Shown one piece after another: positions 35,745 to 48,076 of a stretch of DNA of 64,000 nucleotides. The translations under genes and the position numbers were made by a program. A model generated the notes under the pieces. It was not told where the DNA came from and did not search any database. It saw nothing but the letters and a program-made list of their open reading frames with translations. Each line of letters starts with the position of its first letter. The stretch's first letter is position 1. Source of the stretch: Toensbergia leucococca (lineage: Eukaryota); contig JALDZS010000037.1 of the NCBI GenBank assembly GCA_022813965.1, positions 62,001 through 126,000 on the forward strand, read 5' to 3'.

Positions 35745-36731
35745 TCAATCGCGCGCACCCCTAAGGATCCACCGCTTCGTGCCATCAATACCTACCTCGC
35801 GAACCTTGGAATTCACCCGAGCCATGACATACTTCGCGGTAGTCTTCACCAACAAAGTCAACACCACCGAATCCGCGTCCCTGCTCTGGGCACTTTCCCA
35901 GAATTGCTTCCGGCTTTGCTGCGCAGGCGGGCAATCCTTGCAGCGGAATTGACGTCGGAGGAGCATTCCACGATCGATGCCCACAAGCTTCACCTCTCTT
36001 AAATCCTGTGACCGGATTACCCACCATATTTTCAGCCCCCAGAGGTCTTGGAGGCGTCTTCGTATATTCATCTCCCAGATGACCTGTTGAAGCCGGAGAG
36101 GGATTTCGTGCATCCGAGGCTGGTAGGTTACATGGAGTTCTTGCTCGATGGTTTCGAGGACTGAGCGCGTGAGGTCGGCAATGCCGAGGTCGATGCGCAC
36201 GGATTGAATCAGGGCGTTTTCGTGCGGTTGCAAGTTATCGAAATACTGTAGAGAGATCTCTAGGGGACCTGGGGGCAGGCAAAACGTGTTCTGGGAGTAA
36301 AACATGCGGTATCCATCGTCGTAAGTTTCGTGACATGCTGCAAGGAGTTGTGGACCTTGTTTTGGTGAAATGTTCTTGTTGATGGATGGGTGATTGATAT
36401 TGGGGATAATCTTGTAAATTTCTCGGTGTCGCTGACGAAGAAATTCGAGCTCGCTCTTCCCGAAGCCCAGAGGAAATTCTTGGTTGACTGTGTTAAGGTA
36501 CCTTTTATCTTTCATTGCAATGATATTGATCCATGGGTTTGGATGTGGGTGAATCTCGTGGGGGCTCAGAACATGACGGAGAATTTGAGTCCGGAGCTCA
36601 GCGGGTAGAGAAGTGTATCGGAAGACTCTGTTTAGCTTTGACTTGTCGTTTTCCAGGACGTCTGCGATGAGGGCGAGCGGGTAGATGATGAAGTCCTGCA
36701 GCAAGGTCAAAATTGATGACTTTCGTTCCAT
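35745..36731 (-). CDS. Hypothetical F-box-like/2EXR-like protein
   Basis: 328-aa ORF with FRYTSLPAELRTQILRHVL and LLAACHETY..G..MFYSQNTF. Confidence 0.7.
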   Translation of the reverse strand: MERKSSILTLLQDFIIYPLALIADVLENDKSKLNRVFRYTSLPAELRTQILRHVLSPHEIHPHPNPWINIIAMKDKRYLNTVNQEFPLGFGKSELEFLRQRHREIYKIIPNINHPSINKNISPKQGPQLLAACHETYDDGYRMFYSQNTFCLPPGPLEISLQYFDNLQPHENALIQSVRIDLGIADLTRSVLETIEQELHVTYQPRMHEIPLRLQQVIWEMNIRRRLQDLWGLKIWWVIRSQDLREVKLVGIDRGMLLRRQFRCKDCPPAQQSRKQFWESAQSRDADSVVLTLLVKTTAKYVMARVNSKVREVGIDGTKRWILRGARD

Positions 36732-37026
36732 CTTTCATTCGAGTCGGGTGCTGTCAAAAGATGTTACAAGACCATCAAGACTCTTCGTTGCATCGAATTC
36801 GGTACGATCAAAACAAGTTGTTGTGCTAGAGCGCTTGTGGTGGAAAGTCACAAAAGAGTTAAAATTCGTCTTAGACAACGTATTTAAGTGTACCAAAAAA
36901 AGAGAAAGGTCTTTCACCAAGTCAAATTTAACTAGACCGATCTAGTGGTGTTGATGCTTAAAAACTTGCGAGTTGAGGGACATGGTACAGAACAACACTT
37001 ACTTGACACACGGACACTGTTATCTG

Positions 37027-37058
37027 CGTGTTGTCGTGTTGTCATGTTGTCGTGTTGC
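37027..37058 (+). repeat. 8-bp tandem repeat (CRTGTTGT) x4
   Basis: cgtgttgt cgtgttgt catgttgt cgtgttgc. Confidence 0.8.
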
Positions 37059-37311
37059 CTGTGTTCAGTAAGGTCTCGTCAACTCATGCCGTGTGGAAGG
37101 GTTGTTAGGGCAGGAATATAAAGAGTTCAGATTAATTATTGCATTTACCTAAATATATTGGATGGATACATTCACCATTCGTTCCGGTTTGGAAGGGTAG
37201 ATTAGTGCTTCACAGGTTAGGTCAAAACACACAAAGGGTCAGGACGTTCAGGCAGGTATGAGCGTCTCGTACGCAGCAACTGTATAGTTTCTAGGAAATA
37301 TGATACATGGT

Positions 37312-38484
37312 TTAACCTTCTTCGGAAGCCGAAGCACCAGTAATGATTTCCACCAATTCGCCAGTGATGACGGCTTGACGGGTACGGTTGAAGAGAATTT
37401 GAAATTTAGTAATCATGTCTCCGGCATTTTTGGAGGCATTCTTGTTGATTCCATATTAGCTTCATCTTCATTGTCAGCTGATAGGCTAGACGAGTACTTA
37501 CGTCCATGGCATTGCGGCGAGCCGACTGTTCGCAAGCGTGACCTTCGGCGAGGGCCTGAGCACATGATCAGTAGAGTCTATATTGAAAGTGGGTTGAGCT
37601 CCCTCAATTTACCCAGAAAAGCGAATTGGCCAGGGCGTACTCGCGGAGATTGGCGAGTACTTCGTCGTCGATTTCAAAAGCAGCGAAGTTGGCTAATTGA
37701 ATGTCAATAAGGAAGTTGTCCATGGACCAGATGCTAAAGCTTACGAGAGTTGGCAATGGCTTCTTCCGAGAAGGCTTCGATGGGCGTGGCCTCGTAGCTT
37801 GTAGCGTTTATGAATTTGTTATATATGATCTTGACTTCTTCATATTCCGTAGGAAGCAACACAATCTGGTCCGCAATAGCTTGCGCATCCGCAAAGGTCG
37901 GTACGTCTTTTCCAATTCCAGCAAAGCTCAGCTGGACTTGTTTCCCGTTCGATCTGCCAAGCGCTGCTTTTGACTTTTCTCCAATGACCACCAAGTCCGC
38001 ATCCGGGATCTTCTCCAGAAGTCTCCGAGTTGCTTTTGTGAGACCAGAGTGAATACCGCCGCAAAGGCCTTTGTCAGAGCTGCATACTACGATCAAGGTC
38101 TTCTTGCCTTCACCTTCAATGGCCTTCGTCTCTGCGCTCTCAAAGACTGTATTTGAAGTTTGGCCATAGTCTCGAGATGAGGTCATAGCACGTTGAGCTC
38201 TTGTCATTTTGGTGGAGGCCACGATCTTCATGGTTTTCGTGATTTTTTCGATGTTTCGAATGGACTTGAGACGCTGCTCAATTTCGCGGAGTGTGGCATA
38301 GTTGGCGGCATTTGCGGCGATTGGCCTACCGTGAGAAGCATCAGCATCGTATATATCAGTGTATAACTCCACAGTTCACAGTAGATCATTGATCGAGGCG
38401 GTCATTGTAGACAGGTCGGGTAGCATACCGGGTAGACGCTGCAGCTCCAACCCTTAGAGCCGGTCGGGCAGCTCGGGTGAGCAT
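37312..38484 (-). CDS. ATP3: Mitochondrial F1 ATP synthase gamma subunit, spliced
   Basis: [46 protein letters not shown] and [18 protein letters not shown]. Confidence 0.97.
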
Positions 38485-39001
38485 TGTGAAGACTGGGACA
38501 GCAAAGTGGGAAGGGGAATCTGAAGAGGCTTCGATGGAATTGGCCTATGGACGATCAATGTCTCTCGCTGCTGGAAATACTACTCCGTGCGGAATATCCG
38601 TATCTCACGGTACAACAACGAGGTGGATGTACAGGAACTGGTGCGCTAACTATATCGGGACTCGTGTGAAGCTGAAAGCCAATCACCAATTGGCGGCTCT
38701 CCTCAGCAAAGCAGCACAGCACAACTTCAGCATGTAACTTTATTCCGCTGAGACCGACCTTTTGATCTCCTCCTTCTCTTATGTCTTTCACTTCCTTCCT
38801 CTCTCACGGAACTACTTCTGGCAAGTCGAAGAGATCATATTGTTATACATCAATCTATCTTTCAGCTCCTTTACCAATTAAAACACTGGTGCTTCTAATA
38901 TTAATCATTTGCCGAAGGCCCGTCGCGTCGAACACCGAATCACTTGGCCTTCGAGGTGGATAATCACTCTTTAGAAACTTCACAGCGGTTCCGAATTCAT
39001 T

Positions 39002-42000
39002 ATGAGCTCCTCGGATGATGATGTGCCATTGGCAAAAGGCGTCAAAACTAATGGCATTAAAGGTATGCAAGACCAAATCCCTCATCCCTCGTCCGCTTTA
39101 CTCCTGCCTGGAATTTGCACTCGAGCCGATTGTTTCACAAGCATCCCACCGTCACTCTCTCCTCATCATTACCCTCACATCATTACGTACTCGACTCATT
39201 TTAGAGGCACTCCTCGCTGATGACACATGTCATGCTTAGGTGATAATCACAAGTCGATGGGTACGATACCCAAAAGTCTGGATGAGGCAATGGACAAGGG
39301 AAACCCATCTGGAGACCATGTCGAACCAGGCATCTCTATTCGTAATGGTCCAATGGTGGAAATGGATATCGAAGAGCATAGTAGTAAGCCCTTGCAGGCT
39401 AATGGTGCAGCCACTACCAAACGCAAAGCTCGTCAGAGCAATGGCACTGGGAAATCCTACAATGAAGTGAGCAATGAAGACGATGACGACGATCAGCCTT
39501 TGGTACGTCAATGGAACCACAGTTTATGGGGCACGAGACTGGCGTTGCTGACTCTTTGTAGAGTAAGCGGCGTCGTACCTCGCAAGCAAAGGCTAAAATA
39601 ACCTCTGATTCGGACTCGGACGACGCTCCATTGGTAACAAAAAAGACCAACCGCAAACCATCCGTTGCATTGAAGAAGCCTCCTAAAGTAAGCGAGATGG
39701 CCATCGGAGAATCTGAAGATTCAGATACTCCCCTGGGTGAGAAGCTTGCAAAGAAGAAGGTCCAAATCGAGAAAAGAGCAGAAAAGGAAGCGAAGGATAT
39801 TCGAAAGGAGGAGAAAAAGGCCGAAAAAGCCCCACCAAAAAAGAAGCAAAAGAAAGTGGACAGCGACGACGCAGAGCCGATGGCCAAGAAGAAGCAGCGG
39901 CAGTCAAATGGGTCTCCGGCTTCGGTAAAGAAGACGAAAAAGGAAAGTAATGGTGTGAAACGTGAGGATTCGGATGATGATGTACCTCTCGCCCGCAAAA
40001 CACCAGCCAAGAAGGCCAAGGCTGAAACTCAAAAATCAAATCCTGTGAAGGCGGAATCCAAGGGGAAGGGAAAGAAGATCGAACTCACAAAGGAGGATCA
40101 AGAAGCCGAAGATGAGGAGGAACAGTACCGCTGGTGGGAGAATCTTGGAAATGGTGACGGTACCATTAAATGGACAACTCTTGAGCACGCGGGTGTTGTC
40201 TTTCCTCCTCCGTATGAGCCTTTGCCTAAGAACGTGAAGATGCGATATGATGGAACACCAGTCAAGATGGCGCCAGAGGCTGAAGAAATCGCAGGCTTCT
40301 TTGGTGCTATGCTTAACTCCACTCATAATGTGGAGAATCCGACGTTTCAGAAGAATTTTTTCAATGACTTCACTGAAGTGCTCAAGGAAACCGGCGGCGC
40401 AAAAGACAAAGACGGCAATAAGGTCAACGTTAAAGAATTCGCTAAATGCGACTTCCAGCCCATATTTGACTACTACGACGCCCAACGTACCGAGAAGAAA
40501 GCTCTAAGTGGTGCCGAAAAAAAGAAGCTCAAGGCCGAGAAAGACGCGGTTGAGGCACCATACATGCACTGCATGTGGGACGGCCGTAAGCAGAAGGTAG
40601 GGAATTTCCGCGTCGAACCTCCGGGACTCTTTCGTGGTCGCGGCGAGCATCCAAAGACAGGCAAGGTGAAAAAGAGAGTGCCGCCAGAGCAGATTGTCAT
40701 CAACATCGGGAAAGAAGCTACCGTCCCCGCACCACCGGAAGGCCATCGATGGAAAGAGGTTAAACATGACCAGGAGGGGACGTGGTTAGCAATGTGGCAA
40801 GAGAACATAAATAATGCCTACAAATATGTCATGCTCGCCGCGAATTCCGATGTCAAGGGTCAGAGTGATTACAAAAAGTTTGAAAAGGCACGAGAACTCA
40901 AGGTAAGTGACACAATTGCCAAATTGTTGTATATTTAGCTGACAGACTAGAAACACATCGATGTCATTCGGAAGGATTACGAAAAGGAACTGAGGGACGA
41001 GTTGATGGCCAATCGTCAGAGAGCAACGGCAGTTTACCTAATCGACCGATTTGCGCTTCGTGCTGGAAATGAGAAAGGAGATGAGGAGGCGGATACAGTC
41101 GGCTGTTGCTCCCTTAAATTCGAGCATGTCACTTTAAAGCCTCCCAACACAGTGATATTCGACTTCCTAGGGAAAGACAGCATCCGCTTCTATGACGAGG
41201 TCGAGGTCGATACGCAAGTCTTCAAGAATTTGAAGATGTTCAAGAAGGCGCCCAAAGATGAAGGTGACGAAATATTTGATCGCCTGAATGCAAGCTGAAC
41301 TCGATACCTTGCTTTGGTCATAACTAATTCGTTGGCAGACGTCGTCACTCAACAAGCATTTATCGGGCTATATGCCAGGTCTGACGGCAAAGGTATTTCG
41401 TACTTACAACGCGTCTTGGACCATGTCCAACCTTTTACGCAACATGAAGTCAAGTGGCAGCATTGAGGAGAAGATCAAGGATTACAACGCCGCCAATCGT
41501 GAAGTTGCCGTCCTGTGTAACCATAAGCGTACAGTGCCTACAGGACACCTAGGGCAGATGGAGAAGTTGGAAGACCGGATCACAGGTCTCAAATACCAGA
41601 AATGGCGTATCAAGCAAATGATGCTAGACGTTGACCCCAAGATCAAGAAGAAGAAGGGGGCAGACTTTTTTGAACTCGGCGATGACCTGGATCAAGAGTG
41701 GATCAGTAAGCACCAAGAGTTCTTGGTGGAAGAACAACGGCAAAAGATCGAGAAAAAGTTTGCCAAGGAGAACGAAAAGCTGAAGGAAGAAGGTAGTAAG
41801 GAGATGAAGCACAAGGAACTGGAGGAAAGACTTGAAGTAGTGGATGAATTGGCCACGAAGTTCAAGAAAGAGAACAAGACGGGCAAGGTGGAGGCCGAAG
41901 GTAAAGGGCCTACGGTAGAAAAGCTTGAGGGCAACCTGGAGAAGCTCGATCAGCGTCTCAAAACTCTTACGCTTCAAGCCGAGGACAAACACGCCAACAA

Positions 42001-42218
42001 AGAAGTGGCACTCGGCACGTCGAAGATTGTGAGTATTGTTGGGGCCAGTGGGTGTAGGATGTGGCTAATTTGAGTATTTTTAGAATTACATAGATCCACG
42101 TCTCACGGTGGTATTCTCCAAAAAGTTTGATGTTCCTATCACGAAGTTTTTCTCGAAAACGTTACGGGAGAAGTTTGATTGGGCAATCAAATCGGTGGAT
42201 GAGGACTGGGAGTTCTAG
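39002..42218 (+). CDS. TOP1: DNA topoisomerase I (type IB), spliced
   Basis: [43 protein letters not shown] and active-site GTSKI|NYIDP. Confidence 0.97.
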
Positions 42219-43284
42219 ACTTGTTCGTATAGTCGAATGGCGATCTAGGACACGATGGCAGTGGCTTGTCAAGATCAGGGTCATATTGAGTTTGTCAACG
42301 ATCTATTACTTTCCCTCGGGTGGTCCGAAATTAACGAGCTATGGGGATGGATTCGAGGATTGCTGATGCAGCGGGAAAAGCCGAAAGCAAGAAACTGCTT
42401 CCCTGGTGAATCATTGCGTTATCACCATCAAAAAGCGGTTGCAAAACGGATAGAAATGCGTAGATAGATGTGCTCTGGAACAATCAACTCTATGCTCATG
42501 TCACTCGAATGCAGTAGGGACAAGTCAGTGAGGGGCAGCATGCGTCAGCCTGCTAGAGTACTTCTCACTTGAATTAGAGGCTCCTCGATGTTGGTACAAC
42601 AGGCAGGGAGTAATGCATGAGATAGCTGGATAGAGCATAGGTACGAGTTACATCAGCATGTTCAGCGGAGGCTATCTTCCCTTGGCTTGCCTTCCCGTCC
42701 CGTAGGCTGAGGGTGAGGCTTCGAATCCTTGTCTGGCGGGATATGTTGGTAGATATGCATGCAGTTCTCTCTTCGAATTGCCCTCAAACTTCCCTTCATT
42801 TACGTGATGGATATGATGATCACTCGGCTGTCGACTGGCCCTACTGCTAGGCGTCCGGGAAAGATGGAAGATCTTCGGTATCGTGGCACTATTGAGCCAG
42901 GGTGCAGTCAAGGCCCAATCAGAAGTGGTGAAGGGTACCTGCGTAAGGTAATGAACCCCACGCGTATCTATCTAGTCCAACCGCTGCACCGCTTCCTAAC
43001 CACTGTCTCTCGTCCCTTCGAGCTCCGGGACTTACCACCGTCCCCTGCAATTCGACCTCTACTTTTGTGAATGCTTATTTCCTTCTACCTGCAGTGCTAG
43101 AGTGCTAGCTATGATACTTGTTGTGGCTGCATAAAGCTGCCTGCATCCTCCCATCTTTTGTGCTTTGATCGTGCTTTCATACCATCCGTGTACCATGCGA
43201 AACGCAAGCACTTGCAGAGCGCACAATCATCCCTGTGTCTCTATCCTACAGCCTATCAATCAACATACATAAAGTCTGGCAGCC

Positions 43285-44596
43285 ATGACCGAGTCATCCG
43301 CCCAGCAGACCAGCCCAACCACATCAATCGATCCGGCACCACCGAAGGATGAAAGGCCCGCTGTCCTGATAATAGGAGGCTTGGGTATGGTGTTCTCCCA
43401 CTCTTCTCCAGACTGTCCAGCAACTGACGAGCTCGACAGGCTACGTCGGTCGTTTCTTAGCCCTCCACCTTTACCGCAACAACCTTGCCTCTGAGGTCCG
43501 CCTCGTTGACAAAGTCCTCCCTCAACTCGCCTGGCTAGCCCCCGAGTTTGCAGAAGCATGTTCACAAGATAAATTTATGCAAGCAGACGCAACTCGCGAA
43601 CGTGTGTCCTTCTAGCCTTCCCCACTAGCTCCACGGACTGACCATTTCCTAGAATCTCTACCCAAGATCTTCAATCGCACAAATGGTCTCGAGTTCGACT
43701 ACGTTTTCAATTGCGGCGGCGAAACCCGCTACAGCCAAGATGATTCCGTCTACCGCGCCCGTAGCCTCGACCTATCCCTCACACTCGGCCGCGAATGTGC
43801 CCGCCGCCGTACGCCCGCCCTTGTCGAATTTAGCACAGGCATGGTCTACAAACCACCCTCTTCCTCTACCATCAACAGCGGCGGCTGCACCGAGACTGCA
43901 TCAACCAAACCATGGACAAAAATCGCAAAGTGGAAACTCGCCGCTGAAGAGGGACTGGAAAAAATAGCAAAGAGGGAGGGATTGAGATATGTGGTATTGC
44001 GCCTGGCGCACGTGTACGGCGAATACGACGTCGGCTTCCTTGCCCGGGGCCTCTGCCTCGCCCGCGTCTACGAGAAACTCGACTCGGAAATGAAATGGCT
44101 CTGGACCAAAGACCTTCGCGTCAATACAGTCCACGTCCACGACGTCTGCGAAATAGCCTGGCGCTCCGCAAAATGGTGCGCCTCCCCGGCGAGCACCACT
44201 GAAACTGGAGCCGGCCGTGTCTTCAACGTCGTCGACCGCGGCGATACCTCGCAAGGCACGCTCGCAACCCTCTTTAGCAGCACCTTCAATATCTCCACGG
44301 GCTTTCAGGGCACGCTGATTTCGAGCTTTGCGCGCTTTAATCTGGACAGCGTCGTTGATGATGTGAATGAAGAGGTGTTGCAGCCGTGGGCGGATTTGCT
44401 CAAGGAAAAGGAGATCGTGAGACCGGGTCCGCTCAGTCCGTTTTTGGAAAAGGAGTTGTTGCGGGATTGCGATTTGTGCTTGAAAGGGGAGAGAGCGGAG
44501 AGGGTGCTTGGGTGGAAGGTTGGGGTGGTGGGGTTGGGGGGAGAAGGGATTAGGGGCGTTGTGGATAGTTATGGGAGGATGGGGTGGTGGCCTTGA
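43285..44596 (+). CDS. NAD-dependent epimerase/dehydratase (extended SDR), spliced
   Basis: VLIIGGL|GYVG Rossmann motif, VRLVDK, VFNCGGE, KWKL.AE, LR..HVYG and NTVHV.D. Confidence 0.85.
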
Positions 44597-45561
44597 TTGG
44601 AGTGTTGATTTGGAAATTTTGGATGGTCTTTTTGTTTTGAAAATTTCTGAATCCGTGTAGAGCGAGGCTTTTTGTGTGTTTTGGGTTTGGGGCTACGTGA
44701 GCGTTTTTTTTTACATTTTTCTTTTTCATTTTTCTCATATTCTTTGTTTTTTTGTTTGGTGAATTAATGTTTACTGGTATGAGTACGAGTAGTTGTAATG
44801 GATAAGGAATTGATATTGTAACCTCCTTTTTTTTTTCTCCCTCTTTTCCTTTTATCTTTTGTTTTACTAGTAGGGGTTTTGTTTTGGGGGGGGTAGGCGG
44901 GGTGGTTGGTCGGGTTGAGTTTCGTTGCTCGGAGGAAGTTTGATGTGAGTTCTAGGTGTGACTCCTTTTTTTTTTCTTTCTTTCTATAAGTATGAAGGGG
45001 TTTTTTTGAGAGGGGGAGTGGATGAGGGCGTCGTTTCTTTTTTGTTTGCTTTGATTTTGGAGTTGGAGGGTGAGTGGTTGGTTTGCTTTTTTTGGGTGGT
45101 GGGGGGCGGGGGGAAAGTGTGGTTGGGAGTGGTGAGTGAGGGGGGTTTAGGTTGTCTGCTACTTGTGTTGCTTTGTCTCTTTTGTTAAGAGAGGTGGCTG
45201 GTGTCTTGCTCTTTTTCTTTTTCTTTCTGTTTGTGGTGGGTGGGTAGGTGGTTTTTGGGTTTTATTTCGTTTGGTTTGGTTTGGAGAGTGTTGTGGTGAG
45301 AAAAGGGGGAGGGGGTGGGGTGGTTGGAAAGAGCTGGGGAATGGGCTCTATAAAAGAAGCTTTCTGATAGATTTTGAGTCTGACAAGTAGGTAGCTCGTT
45401 TCGTTTTTTTTGTGGAGTTTTTTGGGGGGGGAAGTGGGACATTTGAAGCTGTTTTTTTTATTGCATTTGAAAATTTGAGAGGGGTGGAAACAACGTTTTA
45501 TCGCACAGGCTAGGATGCTTTGGACATGATTTTCCGGTTCATGCGACGAGAAGAGCCTTTC

Positions 45562-46613
45562 TCATCGGATAACAATCTGGCACGCTAGACACTTGATTTC
45601 CTGCTCCCACACCTCGGCCGTCTCCCCCTCCCCGCCATTCAAATCCGTCACCATCAGTTTCGGCGCCGCGGTGTCGTCTTCGCTGCGATGAATCTCGATG
45701 TTGAAGTTGCTTTGGGTTGGCTTTTTGGCCTTTTTCTTGGAGGTTGGGGGCTTCTTGAAGGTGAAGCGTTGACGTAGATCGACGAGTGCGGATTCGATGA
45801 TGCAGGAGGGGTGGAGGCGGGTGGTGCAGGAGGCGTTGCTGCAGGCGAGGAGGGGATGGTCTGGGTTCTGGGGGGCGGAGCAGATGCAGTGCTGCTTCAG
45901 TTGCTGAGAGGAGATGGATTAATGTGAATGTCTTTGGGAGCTTGTCGAAGTGGGTGTGGGAGACTTACTGAGAGTTCTTCCGTATGTACATTCCATGTCT
46001 GACGCCAGTAAAGGCCATCAAGGGGATTGTCCTCGTCTTCTTCATTCCAGTGCGACACATCCACGCCGCCGGCGACCGTTCTTGCGTCGATGATGGCCAT
46101 ATCATTACTGGCGACCATCTCCTGCGTCCCGTGGTATTCTTCCTTGCCGTCTGGCAAGTCATTGGGATGGTACAGCCAGAAAATACGTAGATATACAGTC
46201 GTGGGATCGTGAGCTCGGACCTCGAGGACACGAGCTATCCACAGGCCGTTTCCATCTTCTCTATCTTCGGAATCCTCGCCGGGACTATTGACATAAACGA
46301 AGTCATGGATTCCAAGATTTTCACCGTCGACTAGATCGCAGGGGTGAGTGCCTACAGCTCAGTGAGTAAGACCATTGAGCTTACCGACGAAATTTCTGTA
46401 TCTTTTCATGCTTTCCCATAGACTCTCTGGCCGAACCGCATATCTAGCTTCGGCTTCTGTAAGGCGCTTTTTGGATTTCCCTTGAGCAGCTGCTTGTGGA
46501 AGGTATTCGACTTGGAATAGACATTCGATGTTGTCCATTGGGGTGGAAGAGTCTTCTGTGCTCTCACTATCTTCTACCATGACTTCTACATGCGCACGAT
46601 TCGGCCGGGGCAT
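45562..46613 (-). CDS. BAH-PHD chromatin reader (EBS/SHL, EPR-1/BP1-like), 3 exons
   Basis: BAH: WIARVLEVRA..VYLRIFWLYHP..EMVASNDM. PHD: CIC..NPD..LLACS..C...LHPSC plus a distal CLAC. Confidence 0.8.
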
Positions 46614-47094
46614 ATCTCTATGAGGTTTCGACGTACGGATAGAACGGTTTGCTCAAAAGTGAGGTGATAACAGGAGTTGAGAGAGACAATGTCGTTGACA
46701 GTATCGGCTGGAAGAATGTGAGAGTCGACGTTTATGTGCAGTGATATTGGCGTCGGACCTATCTTGGACTGCGATATGGGGACAGGAGAGATGACTCTAA
46801 ATTGAGAACGAGCTATCTCATAACTTCACCTCAAAGATGTGACGTAGATGCAAAGTCTTAGTTTGCTGAGATCAGGACTTAATATGACTTTGAGGGAAAT
46901 TAGAGGTACAGGAATTTCTCAGATGTATTCCCCTGAGCTTCAAAAACTTGAGACTTGGAGCACGTAATGAAAACTGTAGACGCAAGCTTCATAGACAAGC
47001 TTGCAAATATTATGACGGATTCGAGAGACTTTCCGGAACGCCACGCTTTTACAGCAATGTGAGACCTGCTTCTTGCTACCCGAAGCGCTCATCT

Positions 47095-47652
47095 CTATGC
47101 CGGTCGTCTTTTGACAAATTCTTCCAGATCGCCTCTTGTTGCTACACCAAGCACAAATCTCCGACTTCCATCCGTGACCACGGCAAAGTCTTGCGGCTCA
47201 CTACCGTTCGCACCTCCATTGAAGAATTCCTCAAGCTCTTCAAGCGGCGTATCCATTGTGATAATCTGGTAGACTTTCCCCCTTCTCCTGAATCTCTGCA
47301 TTGCTTTCTCAACAGGATCCGAGTCCACGACAGAAGCTTCTTTGAGTAGCTGCTTCAACCTAGGTATATTTAAATAGCCTAGAAGAGCTCTTGTGTCCTC
47401 GGAGATGACTGTGAGATGAGTGTAGTCTCTTTCGTATGCGTTCATGAGAGCATTCGAAATAGAGTCTGTAGGCTTTGATGATAGCGCCATGGGGGGATCC
47501 AAGTCTTCCACCGTAGCCTAAGGCCCGTGTTATTATGCCAAAGCTTGAAGATATTCAACACAATTGTGACATACACCTCTATACTTTTTTGACCACGACG
47601 AGCTTTTTAATTGTGCTGGAGTAGCACCATTCGTGTGCAGCTTTGAAGTCAT
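47095..47652 (-). CDS. Small CBS-domain protein, 2 exons
   Basis: SWSKKYRG|ATVEDLDPP.AL, AYERDYTHLTV, LLGYL, FAVVTD and GVATRGDL. Confidence 0.8.
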
Positions 47653-48076
47653 CCTCACCCTGACCCTCCTGAGAGATTCAGGTTATGGTTGCTTCTAAGA
47701 TATTGACATGTGTCCACGGTGGACGACACTATTGATGTTGCTATGGTCAAGTCGAAGCGGGAGTACAATCGATAAGAATAAAGCAGTCACAGCGGAGTAA
47801 CGTGCCGTCGTCACAGGTGGGGGATCCCTGTTTCGTAGGAGCGTAGCAGCCTCGCTAAGGCGGGAGCTCCATTCCCCAACAGTTACTCAAGAAATCCCTT
47901 TCCACTGATCTCACGTCACTCTTCCCTAGCTACTTTACTTTGGCAAAGTACATCTGTCGAGCATTGGTGCTTGTCTCGGTCTTGTCAAGCTGAGCACTCT
48001 CCAAAAGCGTCACGTCTGGTAAGTTCAAAGGATCCGGAGATAAGGAACTACATCCATTGATAACATTCCCAGTATC

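Noticed and set aside
42700..42740. GGCTTCGAATCC, tRNA T-loop/B-box-like
   Set aside because: The T-stem does not pair and no D-arm, anticodon arm or acceptor stem could be built.
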